In this document: piece by piece, positions 23,582-37,117 of the stretch
Layout: the number at the start of each line of letters is the position of its first letter
Position numbering within the stretch: position 1 is the stretch's first letter
Assembly (NCBI GenBank): GCA_001642005.1
Contig: LWCA01000134.1
Span: forward strand, 1 to 48,945
Reading direction: 5' to 3'
Length of the DNA: 48,945 nucleotides
Origin: Intoshia linei
Lineage: Eukaryota > Animalia > Orthonectida
Program-made: the position numbers and the translations under genes
The notes under the pieces: generated by a model
Told to the model about the DNA's origin: nothing
The model's database searches: none
What the model saw: the letters and a program-made list of their open reading frames with translations, nothing else

Positions 23582-25460
23582 ATGAAAAAATACCTAAACA
23601 AAGATATTTTGCTGGGATTCGAAAAATATAAGGTTTTTAAATAAACTTAAAATTATATCATTTTTTACAACAATAAAAATTAAATGCATGAAATCACTGA
23701 CAACTTTAGTGAAACCACGCATGATATTACTTTTTAAAACGAACCAAAAATATCGTGAATGTGAACAAAATAACTTTAAATTTTAGTATTCATCAATCGA
23801 TACTAGTCCAATCAGTAAATATGTAATGCATCCTTTTTGGGATAGGGTTGTAGAGGTAATTTTATATGCACCATAAAATTGAATAATATCGATTTAGTAT
23901 GTACCAAAATGGGTTGCTCCAAATATTCTCACATTGGGTGGTTTTCTTTTTGCACTTTGTTCATTTTTACTATTTGTATATTACGATGATGATTATAATG
24001 CAATGAGCTACGCATCCACCGTGAAAATTCCTCCTTTTGTATGGATACTTTCTTCAATATTTATTTTTCTGTCGCATACTTTAGGTACGAAATTTCTCAA
24101 TTAAGTTTTTATTTAATTTAGATGGTATCGACGGAAAACAGGCCAGACGTACAAACACATCATCACCAATTGGTACTAGTTTATCAATATTCACATTAAT
24201 ATCCTATTTAGGCGAGTTGCTTGATCATGGCATCGACAGTCTAGTCATGATATTTATTGTTTCAAACTTTTACACTATATTTGGAAGAGACCCTACCTAC
24301 AGCATATCCCCTTTTTTCTTTCTTGTATTTACAATGATTATATCAACATCATTTTGCCTTTCTCATGTTGAAAAGTACATAACTGGAGTCTTGTACTTAC
24401 CATGGACATACGATCTTAGTATGGTGGTAATCTTTTCATCTTTCCAAATTAATATTATTATTGATTTTAGTTTGAGATTGTTAATTAAATTTTTAGTTTA
24501 CAACAGTCATGTATCTAATTATTGCAATTTTTGGAAACGAATTTTTGCACAACTATGTTTTAAAAGAAAGTAAATTAACTGTTGCCATCTTTTTAATTTG
24601 GGTGGTTATTTGTAAGTTTTTTCAATAATAAAGTGGATAATGATTATAATACACACAAATCTTATTTGAAAATACAATGTTCTTTGCTTTATATCATTTT
24701 TAGGTATAATTATATGCTACTCAACAGCCGTTACATTATATAATATTTACAGGTTATTACATAAATATTTCGAAATTTTTTATTCAAAATTTCACGCTTT
24801 ATTAAAATAAAAATAAACATTTAGTTCATATATCAATAAAACAATAATCAGCAAATCATTGATTGATTCTATCAGACCGATAATACCCATTATTACCCAC
24901 TACACTGTGGTTATATTATGGGTTTTGTACTCCCCCAATAACATTATAGAAAAGAAACCTAGATTGGTATATCTTGTGACTGGAATTATCTTGTCAAATA
25001 TAACGGTATATATTATTTTTATTCTCAGACTATTCTCAACGGGGTTGAGTTTAAAGAGGTATACGTCAATTTTTAAATTGTATACATTTTAATACAGTAC
25101 CTGAGGGTTGACGGTACGAAATGTTTTTGGTCGTCTAATTTAAATGCTTACAAGTAGATTCAACTAATAAATATTTTAATTTTAGATTCACATCATTGTT
25201 AGTGGAATGTCAAAAACAATTGCACCAATTTTTAACGAGTTGACCATATTTTTATCTTGTGTTGCTGCATTTTGTACATTATTCAAAGTCAATTTTGCAT
25301 CAGAAATTATCATTTCATATGCCACTTTATACATCATAATATACTACCATTTTAAATACGTTGTCGGAATCGTAATTTAATTTATTATTTTTGTAATTTA
25401 AAAAAAATTTAGATGAATGAATTGGCCGCTCATCTTAAATTGTCCTTATTTTCCATATAA
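23582..25460 (+). CDS. SELENOI: Ethanolamine phosphotransferase 1 (CDP-alcohol phosphotransferase, SELENOI ortholog without Sec)
   Basis: GFEKYK|YSSIDTSPISKYVMHPFW..|..APNILT..L|DGIDGKQARRTNTSSPI|GELLDHGID (CDP-alcohol motif); SHVEKYITGVLYLPWTYD is EPT1-like; ends HLKLSLFSI* (TAA). Confidence 0.88.
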
Positions 25461-25573
25461 TTGTGAATACATACAAATTATTTCTAATAAATTATTTATC
25501 TGTTAATTCATTTCAAAAAAAGGTGTGATTTAAGTTCTCAACCGGGCCCTGAAATATGACAACACAAAAAATA

Positions 25574-26996
25574 CAGGCTAATTCCTATTTAACGGGAAAA
25601 ATTCCTGATTGACGGACTGAATTTTTCTAAAGTACAAAGATTCCGTTAAATTTTAACAAATGACTCGCATGAAAATTATACTATAGCTTTTTCGGTTCAA
25701 ATTAAAAGTTTTAATATTACGTATTTAATACGCAAAAATTTTATAAATAAATTTTAAAAAGTTGAGTGGAATCAAAATATCTTCGTTTTTTCATTGTTTT
25801 AATGCAGTAGTTCCCGGTTGAAATACATAGGTAGTATACCGACTAGGGAATGATATCCGATTAATCGAAAACCCGGTTAATCGCTTACAATAATCGGAAT
25901 ATATTTCAAATAATCGAATTTTCAAAAATTTATATATGAATACTAAAATGCTTTTTTCACCGTAAAGTCATCACTTATTCAGATTGAAATTTTCTGTGTA
26001 TGTTAACAGGATACAACTATACCACCTGTAAATTTTTTTAAATTTAAATTTATGATAATGTTTATGATTTTAAAATCCATATCAGCGTATATATTTTTTT
26101 AAATTCTCGAACTCGTTTGATTTTCAAAAAAAAGACAATTGGGATATATATTTTTTTAAATTCTCCAACTCGTTTGATTTTCAAAAAGAGGGACAATTTT
26201 TTAAATTCTCCAACTCGTTTGATTTTCAAAAAGAGGGCAATTGGTGTTTTTGACCCGTAAGATATAAGTTTGGGAAGTTCAAATTTATCTTATATGTCCC
26301 GGAAAAAACTGCAATTGAAATGTGGACTTTATAAAATTATAAGACTGGTAGTTATTTCAATAAAGTGGAACAAACACACACACAAGTAAGGATTATTGGT
26401 TTTTCAAATTTTCGAATAATTAGGACTTCATAATACGAACCACCATTTCAAAATAGTTATTTTTTTGAACCTAAGGGAAAAATGAAATATAAAACATTTA
26501 TAAAAAAATTAAAGGCTTTTCATCATAGGATTTAATAAAATCGTGTTTTTCAAAAAATATTGAGAAATGAGTCTTTTTCCTGAGTATTAAGGATTGATAA
26601 AATTGAATTTATGTTGTCGTTTGATTCAATCAGATTTTTCATTAAAAAAATCGGTAAAAGTCAATTTTTCCCTAGGGCTTGAAATGGTATTTTTTATTAA
26701 ATTTTATTAATAATGGGATAAAAGTGGTATTTTTAAATAATAAGCCGTCGTCTAGGGGATGATTAGGGATAATCAACACCTAGAAACTCTGTAATAAATA
26801 ATAAAAATTATCTTATAAAAATAAACAAAAATTGATCAAAATTTTTCTGTCATTTGAATCTCACAAACCCAGGCATATAATTTTGGATCACAATCGTGAA
26901 TCACTGTTTTAATGTATACATTATTTATAAAAAATTTCGTTACCGAGAATGATACTTTTTTCTGGACCAATTATTCCATTAACGAGGAATTAGCCG
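25574..26996. mobile_element. pogo-like MITE expanded by nested insertions
   Basis: TA-CAGGCTAATTCCTATTTAACGG ... CCATTAACGAGGAATTAGCCG-TA inverted termini. Confidence 0.65.
25805..26906. mobile_element. hAT MITE with an internal Helitron-like fragment (about 25920-26395)
   Basis: Perfect 8-bp TSD TTTTAATG (25797-25804, 26907-26914); ends CAGTAGTTCCCGGTTG / CAATCGTGAATCACTG. Confidence 0.8.
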
Positions 26997-27452
26997 TACA
27001 TCAATTTATAAATTACACTAAAATCAAGACTAAAAGGCACTATAATGAAGAATTTCAATATGTTCATTTTTGACCACAAGTGATTAAATCTATTAGAACT
27101 CGTACTGACTATCTGGACTTCAGATTCTGAAGTATAGGTTAATTCTATTATTTGAATCCTTTTACAATAATTTTGCTAAATAAAACTGCATATTTTGTTA
27201 CATGATAGAGATAATTTGAGTATTAAATTAGGAAATATAGTTTTTGGGTCAATTTGCAGGATGTGGTAACAGATTTATAGATTGTATATCAGTATCCCTG
27301 TATCATTGTAAGTAATGAATTGCAAGATTAGCGCATCAGGCAACAAAGACTGAAATTTTGTAAAAATTTATATTTGAAAATTTATGCAAAAAATAAAGTT
27401 AAATTAAACAATTTGGTTTATCGCTCTACATTTTTAAAATTATTATTATAAT

Positions 27453-28715
27453 ATGGTATTATCTTGCCATAAATTTATATATATATATATTCAATTTTAG
27501 CACACTTACGTCTTAAAAGCTAGTGAAAGGCCAATATTAAAAGTTTTGTTTAACAATGACGGTGATTTACTTTTTACTAGCGCCAAGGATAAATTTCCAA
27601 CTTTGTGGCGTTCTTATAATGGAGAAAAATTAGGAACATTTAACGGTCATAACGGTGCTGTTGGTGACTTGAGCGTAGATTGTAATTATCATCATATATA
27701 ACGTATAATCCGAAATAGACACATCAACTCGTCTTTTGACGGCAGCAATGGACTATAATGCTAGACTTTTTGACGTTGAAACAGGTACATTCTTAAAATT
27801 CAAATTGAAATAAAATTTTAATTTTATATAGGAAAACTATTAAATACAATCTTAGCAAAGTATAGGGTGGATCAATGTGATTTTTCTTATACAGCCCAAA
27901 ATTTTATCCTATTAATTAAAGATAAAATAGAAATCTATGACACTCGAGTTTGTGGTATGACCTTTTTTTTCAATCTAAAATAATTGAAATTATTTAATAT
28001 TGCTAGGAAACTCGATTCAAACGCATGATTTTGGACAAATTATTGATAAGGTTATGTATGGAAACTTAGATTCTTTGGTTGTTGGGTTTAGTGGTGGAGA
28101 TGTAAAAGAGATTAATGTTTCATCTGGTAAAACTATTAATTCGTGTTCAACAAACCAACATAATGGTAAAATTAGCGTTTTAAAAAAATCTTACGATCAA
28201 GAGTTTTATATTAGTGGATCTGCCAGCAAAAGTGCACTGGTAATTTTTTTTAATTATTAATTATTTTTTAAATAGTTGATCGATGCAAACTCTTTTCAAC
28301 CTTTAACTGAATTTAATACTGAACTTCCCGTTACCACTGCTTGTATTTCACCTACATCACATCATGTAATTTAGTATATCAATTTTGATCAACGTGTATA
28401 GGTCATCATTTGTTGCGGTGAAGAGGCCATCAAGGTTACTACTAGTGGTAAATCTACAGAACAGTTTGGTGCCACCATTTATGATTCTATATATAATCAA
28501 CCTATTGCATCTATAAGGGAACATATAGGTGCTATAAATAGCGTTGAATATTCTCCTGATGGTTTAGGGTAATTTTTATTATTCGACATTTTCCTTTTTA
28601 TTGTCGAGGTTTAAGATTAATTTAAATTTTTAGATTTGCAACAGGTGGAGAAGACGGAATTGTTTTCTATCACAAATTTGATAGTGATTATTTAAGAATT
28701 GCAGAGGAAAATTAA
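27453..28715 (+). CDS. EIF3I: Eukaryotic translation initiation factor 3 subunit I (WD40)
   Basis: M|HTYVLKASERPILKVLFNNDGDLLFTSAKD..LWRSYNGEKLGTFNGHNGAV...KGNIGAINSVEYSPDG..FATGGEDG..HKFDSDY. The first coding exon is the ATG alone. Confidence 0.92.
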
Positions 28716-29559
28716 ATTATATTAAATAAATGTATATACAGAATAGTACGGTATCTTTACTTTGTATAGACTTGTATACACACTGATTCTAAAATTATCA
28801 TTTGAAAAACATTTTTAGTGGATCGGCATATCACAGTATAATTAAATTAAAAACGTAATAGGATAATCAATCTTTTTTATTTACAGGGTTTGCAATTCAT
28901 TTTGATAAATTCAACTCACATTTTAATCTTTTCATAAATAAATGATAAAATATCTTACATAATTATTTAATGATCCACTCATTCCGCATTATGGCTATTT
29001 TACAATGAATAATTATAATTTAGTAATTATTTATACAATACAACATTTTGGCTTCTAAATTATTATAAGCCAAAATTAATTTAGGTTTACAGTCAAGCAC
29101 CGTTAGTAGAGAATTCGATAGTAAATTATGTGCTAATTTGTAATGTTTGTAAATAATTTAGAATTGTTAGTGAATAATTTATTTAACTTTAATTAAAATT
29201 TGTTACTAAGATAGTATAGTATAATTTTGTCTTATAATAGTACACTTTCGTTTATTTTCGACTCATTTGACACTATGACCTTACAATAAAATTTTATTAA
29301 ATTTAAATAATTTACTTTCAGCTTGTTATAAAAAATCGTAATTTTGCTCTTGAACCTTTATTGTGAATTTGTATTAGTTTATCACGAAATTTTCATTGAA
29401 TTTTTTCAATTATCAAAAAATATTATTTATAATTAAGCCATTAAAACGAAACAATTTTATACTTTACAGCAGGTGTTTTGTAACCTTTTTTACCTCAGGA
29501 ACACTAATTAAGGTTAAATTTTGATAAGAAAAAACACTGAATGATGAAATCTCTAATCT

Positions 29560-30310
29560 ATATGGATGAAAATCTATATAATTCATTCTATCGGAATTTT
29601 TTTTAAACCTACGCAATTTTTAAATTTCAAATGCTCATTTTCAAAACATTTTGTTTCAAATTTAAACTACAACAACGAAATTAAAAGTAATACAACTTTG
29701 TTATTATCATTTTTATATTTATTACAATCCTTTGAAATATTGGTAAAATTCGGCTGAAATATGTTTATAAAGTAAAGATTCCGTTAATTATTGATACATA
29801 ATTGGTATTTTTAAGTATTTATTAAATTGGTACTGAATATATATTATCACATTGAAAATGACAAAATAGGTTTTTATAATTTTATTTTTTCTGGAATTTA
29901 TACTATTTATCACAATTTTTAGGATTGGAGTGTTTTCACTTTATTTTTAATATTATACACACATTCTGTCTAATAAATTAAAAAAATGGGATATCAATTG
30001 TTTTAAAAACTCTTTACGCAAATGTTAACAAACAAAAAATTAAAATGGAATAATTCACGTTAAAGTAAAAAATAATGTGATATGATAGTTCCACCTGAAA
30101 CAAATTTGGGAACCACTCCTTTAAAGGATTGATAATAGTGAATAGTAGGATTTTTAAGTTAGATTTTCAACGTGAATTTATTTTTTAAGTATAATAAAAA
30201 TGTGCTCTCGGCAGAGCTAGGTCCTGTTTGTACGTAGTAGAACATGAATTAATTTTTTTGGTAGAATAATAATGTGCCTTCTGTAGAGCTAGGTAATGTT
30301 TGTACGTAGT
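29560..30310 (+). mobile_element. Helitron-like distal fragment with two tandem 3' ends
   Basis: AGAGCTAGGT..TGTTTGTACGTAGT occurs near 30213 and 30284; hairpin GCTCT-CGGC-AGAGC at 30204-30217. Confidence 0.5.
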
Positions 30311-31291
30311 ACATAACAGTCAACCTAGTGTTTTATAAAATTTTAGGCATTTTTTATTTTTAAATCAAAAGGTAATTTGTGGTTTTGATCATGACGGTAT
30401 GCTTATAATTTTTAAGGCTGAGATTAACGACAATGTTAATGATTTTAATACGCGTCCAGAATGTATGTTTTATTACATTTTTTGGATACCTTTTTTAAAC
30501 AAAAGGTGGAATTTTTTTTTGTCTTGAAGGACTTAAATTCTGAAACTGAAAAATACTTGTTTATTAAACACGCTCTGGGAAAAACTGTTCTAGAAAATTT
30601 CTAGTAATATAATTGATTCAATATCAGATTTCGGCCCAAACGAGAATAAAATATTACAGAGAATTGTACTGTTTACAGGTTTGAGGAACTGAAGTTACAG
30701 AAAAGTAAACGTATTGAACTTGTCTAAAATATTAAAATTCACTCTAGTTGACTTAGATAACCAAATCTTTGTGAAGAGTTGAAAATAAATGTTAGGAATC
30801 GTTGATTATTACTTAATGAAATTAAACAAATTACGTAACACTAACCTTTGTTATTTATTTTTTTGTTACATGCAACCAGTTCGTCATAATTTCCTATCTC
30901 TCTTGTCATCTTATTACCATTCCCAAACTCAATTTTATATTGTCCCATTTCATCATAGTGTCAGCGCCACTAAAATTTTTTTCGATTGATTAAAATGACA
31001 CAATTTCAGTTATTTATTCAAATGTTCCCAAAACTTGTTTTATCTCCCATTAAAAGCCAGAAAGTTATTAACGCCAACTTTCCCAATGAATTCAACATTA
31101 TCATGAAACCATATTTCAAGGGTCATGTGTACTTTAAGCAATAATTAATATACATATGTCTAGATTTATGAAATTGACAAATTGTATTTTATTTTATTAT
31201 TGGAAATAACACGTAAAATATTTGGAGTCATAACGACATTTTGTTTATTTTTTTATACATAAAAAATATTGTTACATGTTTTTAAAATAGT

Positions 31292-34200
31292 ATGGCTATA
31301 ATAATTTCGATAGAAACAGTCATAGTATTTTTTGGTACATGTATTTTACTGTATATTTACGGTAATTTAACGAAGCAGCATGTAGTTGTAACATTTAGTA
31401 CCCTTCTTTCCTGGGGTTTTTCCTTTCTTATAATTTTTTACCTTCCAATAGACATTAGCGAGGTATTTTTGATAATATACCAATTTAGAAAAGTTTAGAC
31501 AACTTACAGACAATGTTTGCATTTAAAGAATTTTAGTCTAGTAGTAAACAATTCTATATCAAATGTAACAAATTCTTCATATTGCAACAAGCCATTTAGT
31601 TACGTGAACCACCAGTCCCTTGTCGTTTTATGGAGAACATTATATTGGACCATGCAGGTATTGACATGGTTGTTACTTCCTGCAATGAAATCCTATGTTT
31701 GTTCAGGAGAATTTCGAGTTTCAAAAAAAATTTTGTATAGCATCAAAAACAACATTTTGTTTTATGGAGCATACTTGTTGGCGTGCATTGCTTTTTTAAT
31801 TTACCTTGCTGTTAAATCACCTGATATGTTGAAATTGTAAGATTTTTAAATCCAATGTTAACTTTTGTATAGCAAGAACCTTATGACGTTAGCCTCTGCA
31901 GTGAGCACAACATATGGGATTTTTTTCATGTTGCCTCTACTTGGATATGGACTAGTCAATATTCCAAGACATATTTTTTTCATTGCTAATTACGAACATG
32001 TGCTGACTTCAAATTACTTTCAATTGAGTAAAATTAACGAAGAATTTGAAGAAGCTAAAATGAATATGCGGGAGATTGTTTCAGTAATTTGAATTTAACA
32101 TTTATTTTAAAATTTTCCAGGAAAGCAGAGCCATTGATAGACTTATACCTATGGACGATGTAAACAGAAAGTGTATAGAAATTGTACTACTCAACGTACG
32201 AAAAATTATGCTTGAATTCAATTTTATCAATTTAGTTACCACCGGATGTAACAGAACTGGATGATGCCAATATTGAAATTGTTGATGTCGAAGCGTTCAC
32301 AGAAAGCGTACGTTATAAATTTACATTACTTTTCAATATCATGTATTTTTATACTTAAAATTTTTAGAATTACGTGAATTTAAATCGGCGTCTTATTCAG
32401 AGGAAAAGAGAATATTTACGTACCAAAGCTAAATTTCATCAACATTTTACTATTGCCAAAAAATATAGAAAAATACACGAAACAATTACCTCATGCGATG
32501 AAAACATTAATACGAAATTATGTAACATAATATAGTATATAGTATAACATCATATAGTTAGATTTTGGCACATTGCATGCCGTCGAATAGCGTTTTATTT
32601 GATATTCGGGTGTATGCTAATCATGACTTTTGTAATAATTTGGTCTGAATGTACTTTTTTTATTTCAAAGCCAATTTTATCTATATTCACCATTTTCCAC
32701 CTTTACACTCGTCAACACTATTTATTGGCAGAGGTATTTTATCTATAGTTTTTATATAATTATTTTTAGGGGTTCTATGTTTTGATTCTTTCTTACATGT
32801 GCTACTGTACCTATTCCACCGTGTTTAATATTAAATTTCTGCATTACTACTACTTATCACCTGACCATCTTACCGATTCATATAGCTTGCTTTTTTGTGG
32901 ATCGTATCATTCGAGATTACACCAATAATACATTTATTTAGAACACTATGTCGCCTTATGCCAGCACTTTGTCTTAATTTTTTGTGTATGCTTCAATTGG
33001 ACAATTCCAAGATTATTAATAAAAATTTGGACACACAAACTGCGTTTACTGAGGTATTTACTTTGTTCAATAAGGCTACTTTCTCTAGGATTTTTATGTA
33101 TCCTTTATAATTATTTAAAAAGTAATTTATGTATTTTATGTGACCAAGTTTATCACCTTATGTTTATTCTTTAGATAATGGGTCATCTCAGTATTGTTCC
33201 ATTTATTACTAATGGTTTTAACATTTATTTTCCTATCCTTCTCATAGTTATTTGCTTCTTATTTCTCATAAAGATTGAAAATTGCTTACAACGTTGTTGC
33301 GGCATCGACGTTTTTTCTACACAACAGGATGATGATGTGGTTTTCAATCGAGTTGAAAATGGTCGATTATTAGTGGAATTGGGTAATTTTTTTTTAATTT
33401 TTACGAGTGTATCGTACCAAAGTGTTAAGTAGGTTTTGAACCTCTGAGCTATTCCCTTTCACTTAGTGGAAGTAAAATCAGATCTATTTTTTTACCTAAA
33501 CAATAATTTTTTGTTTACATTTTTCAGCTTTTCTTTGCAAAATCTTATTCAACAGTAAAGATTTTCAGTAGGCACCAAGAGAAAATTGTGTTACTTATTT
33601 ATGGTTCACGTTTGATAGAGTAAGATTTTTTTGATTTTATTAGACGTAAGTCACAAATTAGACAATAATTATTTGATTTTGTACAATAATTGTAATTCAT
33701 TTAAAAGTAGAGGTGTCAGACTCAATTTGTTTTCCGGGCCAAATGTGAAAAAAAATTATTACGCGGGCCGCACAAAAAAATCTTTACCCAAAAAATTATG
33801 TCAAAGCTAACAGATTTAATTAATTCATAATAATTTTAATTCATAAAATGAAATATGAAACAATAAAAATGGAATAAGTGTAAAAATTGTTATAAAAAAT
33901 AAAAATTTATATTATAACGCGGGCCGCAAATGGCCCGAGGGACGCATAATTGACACCCCCGTTTAAAAGTGAATCAACTTTATATACGTATTAGTTTAGT
34001 TCTATTTAACTACAGAAATGACAGTTATTAATATTTAAATATTAATTGATACTTTAACTACGAGATATATTTTTAAAATTTTTTCAAGAATGTAAAAATT
34101 ATAATTCATATTTGCATATTATTTTATTTTTAAGCAAAAATTTTTTTCAGTGTTATCCTTACTTATGTAGGATGGTTAAAAATGTATCTGATTATTTAAG

Positions 34201-35723
34201 AAAGTAAAGAAGTCGAGTTTTACAAATTCCATATTCTTATAACAGTTTTTCCAGAATGATATTTTATCGTAAATTTCAATTTCAGAAATTTGTTCCTTCA
34301 AGGTTAAAAACCTCAATTGTCGTTTATTTTTAAATTCAAGACCGTCCTAGAATTATAAAAAATACACATTATAACATAAATTTTTTAATTCATCAATATT
34401 ATGATAAGTTTCAATTTCAAAATTTTATATTTTTACGGCCAAAACCACAAATTACCCTTTTTTGTAAAAATTAAGAAAATTTTATAATTGTATACAACAT
34501 AAATTCTGGAATGGTTTTTAAATTTATAAGCATTATCATAAATGGAAATTTTCACGGTCAAAAACCCAGATTACCCATTTTTTTAAATGAAAACAACCCT
34601 ACAATTTTAAAAAAAATTAGAGATGAATCAGTTATATTCATTTAACTTACCTAAAAAAATTCAATCTGATAAAGGGACGCCTTCGTTGTCAAAAAAACAC
34701 TTTAGTATTATTTTTTTTTATATATTTAGAAACTATTTTATATATTCATACAAAACAAAAAATTTGAAAGAATTAACGGTCGAAAACTAATAACAAGATT
34801 ATTCCAGTTGATTTAAATACAAAATTTTAACTCTATATTCTATAAAATAATATAATAATATAATTCTATAAAAGAAATCTACGCATCTATATATCAATCA
34901 ATATTTTTCTAATGTTGGATTAAAATAAAAAAGTAAAATTCATCCTACAATTTAAAAAAAATTGTGGATAGAATGTCTTCACATTTCCAATAAAGAAATA
35001 TGGGTAGAAATCTATATAATTGATTCCTTTGGATTTTTTTTATTGCTTTTAATATTGGTAAAATTTATCTGAAATATGTTTCTAAAGTGCTGATTCCGTT
35101 AGTTATAATAATTATTGATACAAAATTGATAGTTTTTACTCATCGAAAGCAGATACTGATTATACACGTTTATTTTTTATGGAATTTAAGTTACATAAAC
35201 ATATTACAAATTTTATGACAGTTTTTACATTATTTTTAAGATGATACACACATTCTCTAATACATTAGAAAAATGGAATAACAATTGTAATTTGAAAATT
35301 CTTTACACAAATGTTAACAAAACAAAATTAAGATGGCATAATTCACTTTAAATTAAATATATATGCTATATAAAATTTAATAAGGTGTTAACAAATAATG
35401 TATTTTACAAAATTAAACTAATTTTTTAATTTGGCTGGTAATAAAATCAGAAATTCTGGTCACACCTTTGTTCATCGATAATCTGCTAATAAATACATGA
35501 GAAAATGAAAATTTGATTTTATTATATCACCTAGATTTGAGCTACTGAGTAGCTCTAAAAAAGTACTAATATTTTTAAAACTGTACTTATGGGTAGTTTA
35601 GTTTTTTAATTTCAAATTTTAGATATCGATTTTGTAGAAAGACAAAATAGACAGAATCGTCGCAGAAACGTTAATAAATATGATCCTATTTCTCAGAGTG
35701 AATCCCTTATTCTTAATGATTAA
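31292..35723 (+). CDS. LMBRD2: LMBR1 domain-containing protein 2 (multi-pass membrane protein)
   Basis: LPIDIS..LWRTLYWTMQVLTWLLLP.MKSY..SGEF; LLGYGLVNIPR; YYYLSPDHLTDSYSLLFCG..LCRLMPALCLNFL; TAFTE|IMGHL..GFNIYFP. The last exon 35623-35723 follows a TE-filled intron. Confidence 0.92.
33708..33961. mobile_element. hAT-Charlie (MER30-like) MITE in an LMBRD2 intron
   Basis: 8-bp TSD TTTAAAAG (33700-33707, 33962-33969); ends TAGAGGTGTCA / TGACACCCCCG; subterminal CGCGGGCCGCA motifs. Confidence 0.85.
34156..35350 (+). mobile_element. Helitron-like repeat copy in an LMBRD2 intron
   Basis: 34200-34615 is the reverse complement of about 10230-10660; starts A|TCCTTAC. Confidence 0.65.
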
Positions 35724-35949
35724 ATGTTAACTATATAAATGCATTTTCATGGCCTATTTTGTAGACGCAGAGTTGCCATTTCAATTATTAATTCAGTATT
35801 TAGTGGAGTGTTTCAATTTCGTAAATTTTTATTGGTATTGATTTATTTGAATTTTACAGGTAATTTAAAACATTTTTTATTTTTTTGAGTGTTTACACAC
35901 AAGAATATTTTATTTACCTCTTATTTCAATTTAATTGGATATTCTAACG

Positions 35950-36472
35950 CAGTGTTTTTCAACCTGGGCGATATCGCCCACTAGTGGGCCATTTGACTTT
36001 TTTACTGGGCGATGCGAAAATATATTTTTTTCAACAAATTAAATTTTCAATTTGATCAAATAAGAAAAAATTGAACAATAATTAATTTATTAAGAGTTTG
36101 ACAATATAAGTTATTTAACACCAATTATCTGTGTAGTAAGTAAAATAGGAAATAATTTGACACTGATATGCTGTAACAAAATTATCTGTGTTTATTAAAA
36201 AATTAGAAATCTTTAGTTATAATTTAGCAATAAAGGAATTATACCAATTTTCTAAATTGCATTCTATAAAAAAAGAAATAAATTGTACCGATATAAAGAG
36301 ATTTGTTGATCACATCAATGGTCACAAAAAAGACATAGAAAGTAGATTCATTGACATATTAGATCTAAAAATAAATGTATTTGTTCGTGCATACAATATA
36401 TATAACGTTACATTTTGAAATTAAAATTTTATTTTTAATGGGCGATAACGCAAAATGGGTTGGGAAACACTG
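35950..36472 (+). mobile_element. hAT (Charlie/Buster) internal-deletion derivative with a transposase remnant
   Basis: Perfect TSD TTCTAACG; TIR CAGTGTTTTTCAACC / GGTTGGGAAACACTG; ORF 36188-36418 (FIKKL..ELYQFSKL..DH..KDIESRFIDIL) resembles the Buster/ZBED5-type C-terminal region. Confidence 0.85.
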
Positions 36473-36547
36473 TTCTAACGTTTTGCCTCGGAATGTCTAT
36501 TCAATTCATGCGTTTTATTTACAATAAATTAAGTTTTAAATATAAAT

Positions 36548-37117
36548 TCATTTTTTTTTTGATTCTTCTAAACGTTGAAGCTGGAGTGCACCAAAACGAC
36601 CGGACATTCTTTCTGTCATTTTAAGATATTTATTCATATAATTTTCAGCACAAGATTTCTATATATAAAAATTAAATAAATACCATTACAAACTAAACTA
36701 AAACATGTAAAAATCAACGTATATTCGTTTATTATAATGAATTACTTGACAGTAATTGAAAATACTGTGTTTACAATAAAGTTAAATAATTAAATCATTT
36801 TTTGTTAATAAAATAATTATACAGATTAAATTGCAATTCATACTGTTTGGCAAGATACAGAAAGACCTATAAAAATATACAGCAACACTCATCTACGCGA
36901 AAACTTGTTGAATGTAAAATGAATAAAATCACCTCATTGCTATTGATGGTCCTGTTTGTAAAATCAAATACACAAGCTTTAAAGCACTTTTGTGAAATCT
37001 TGTTGTAAACTTCAAGAAACTCTTTTATCTAGCTTAAATAAAACATTATCAGCATAATTATACTTGAGAATAAGATGCTTCAGTGTTAACATCAAGTTTA
37101 ACTATATCATTTGACAT
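36548..37117 (-). CDS. TIMM9: Mitochondrial small Tim chaperone Tim9 (3 exons)
   Basis: MSND...SYSQ|IKEFLEVYNKISQKCFKACVFDFTNRTINSNE|KSCAENYMNKYLKMTERMSGRF...KKK*, matching Tim9 (KEFL..YNK..CF.DCV.DFT.R; KYLKMTQR.S.RF). Not in the ORF track. Confidence 0.9.

Noticed and set aside
27043-27131. C/D-box snoRNA candidate (ATGAAGA...CTGA)
   Set aside because: Imperfect C box, no clear terminal stem and no identifiable guide.
36782-36892. Alternative TIMM9 last exon containing CNLIC (CX3C) after a 40-nt intron
   Set aside because: Spacing from the first CX3C is about twice normal and there is no Tim9 similarity; probably chance, though RNA-seq could test it.
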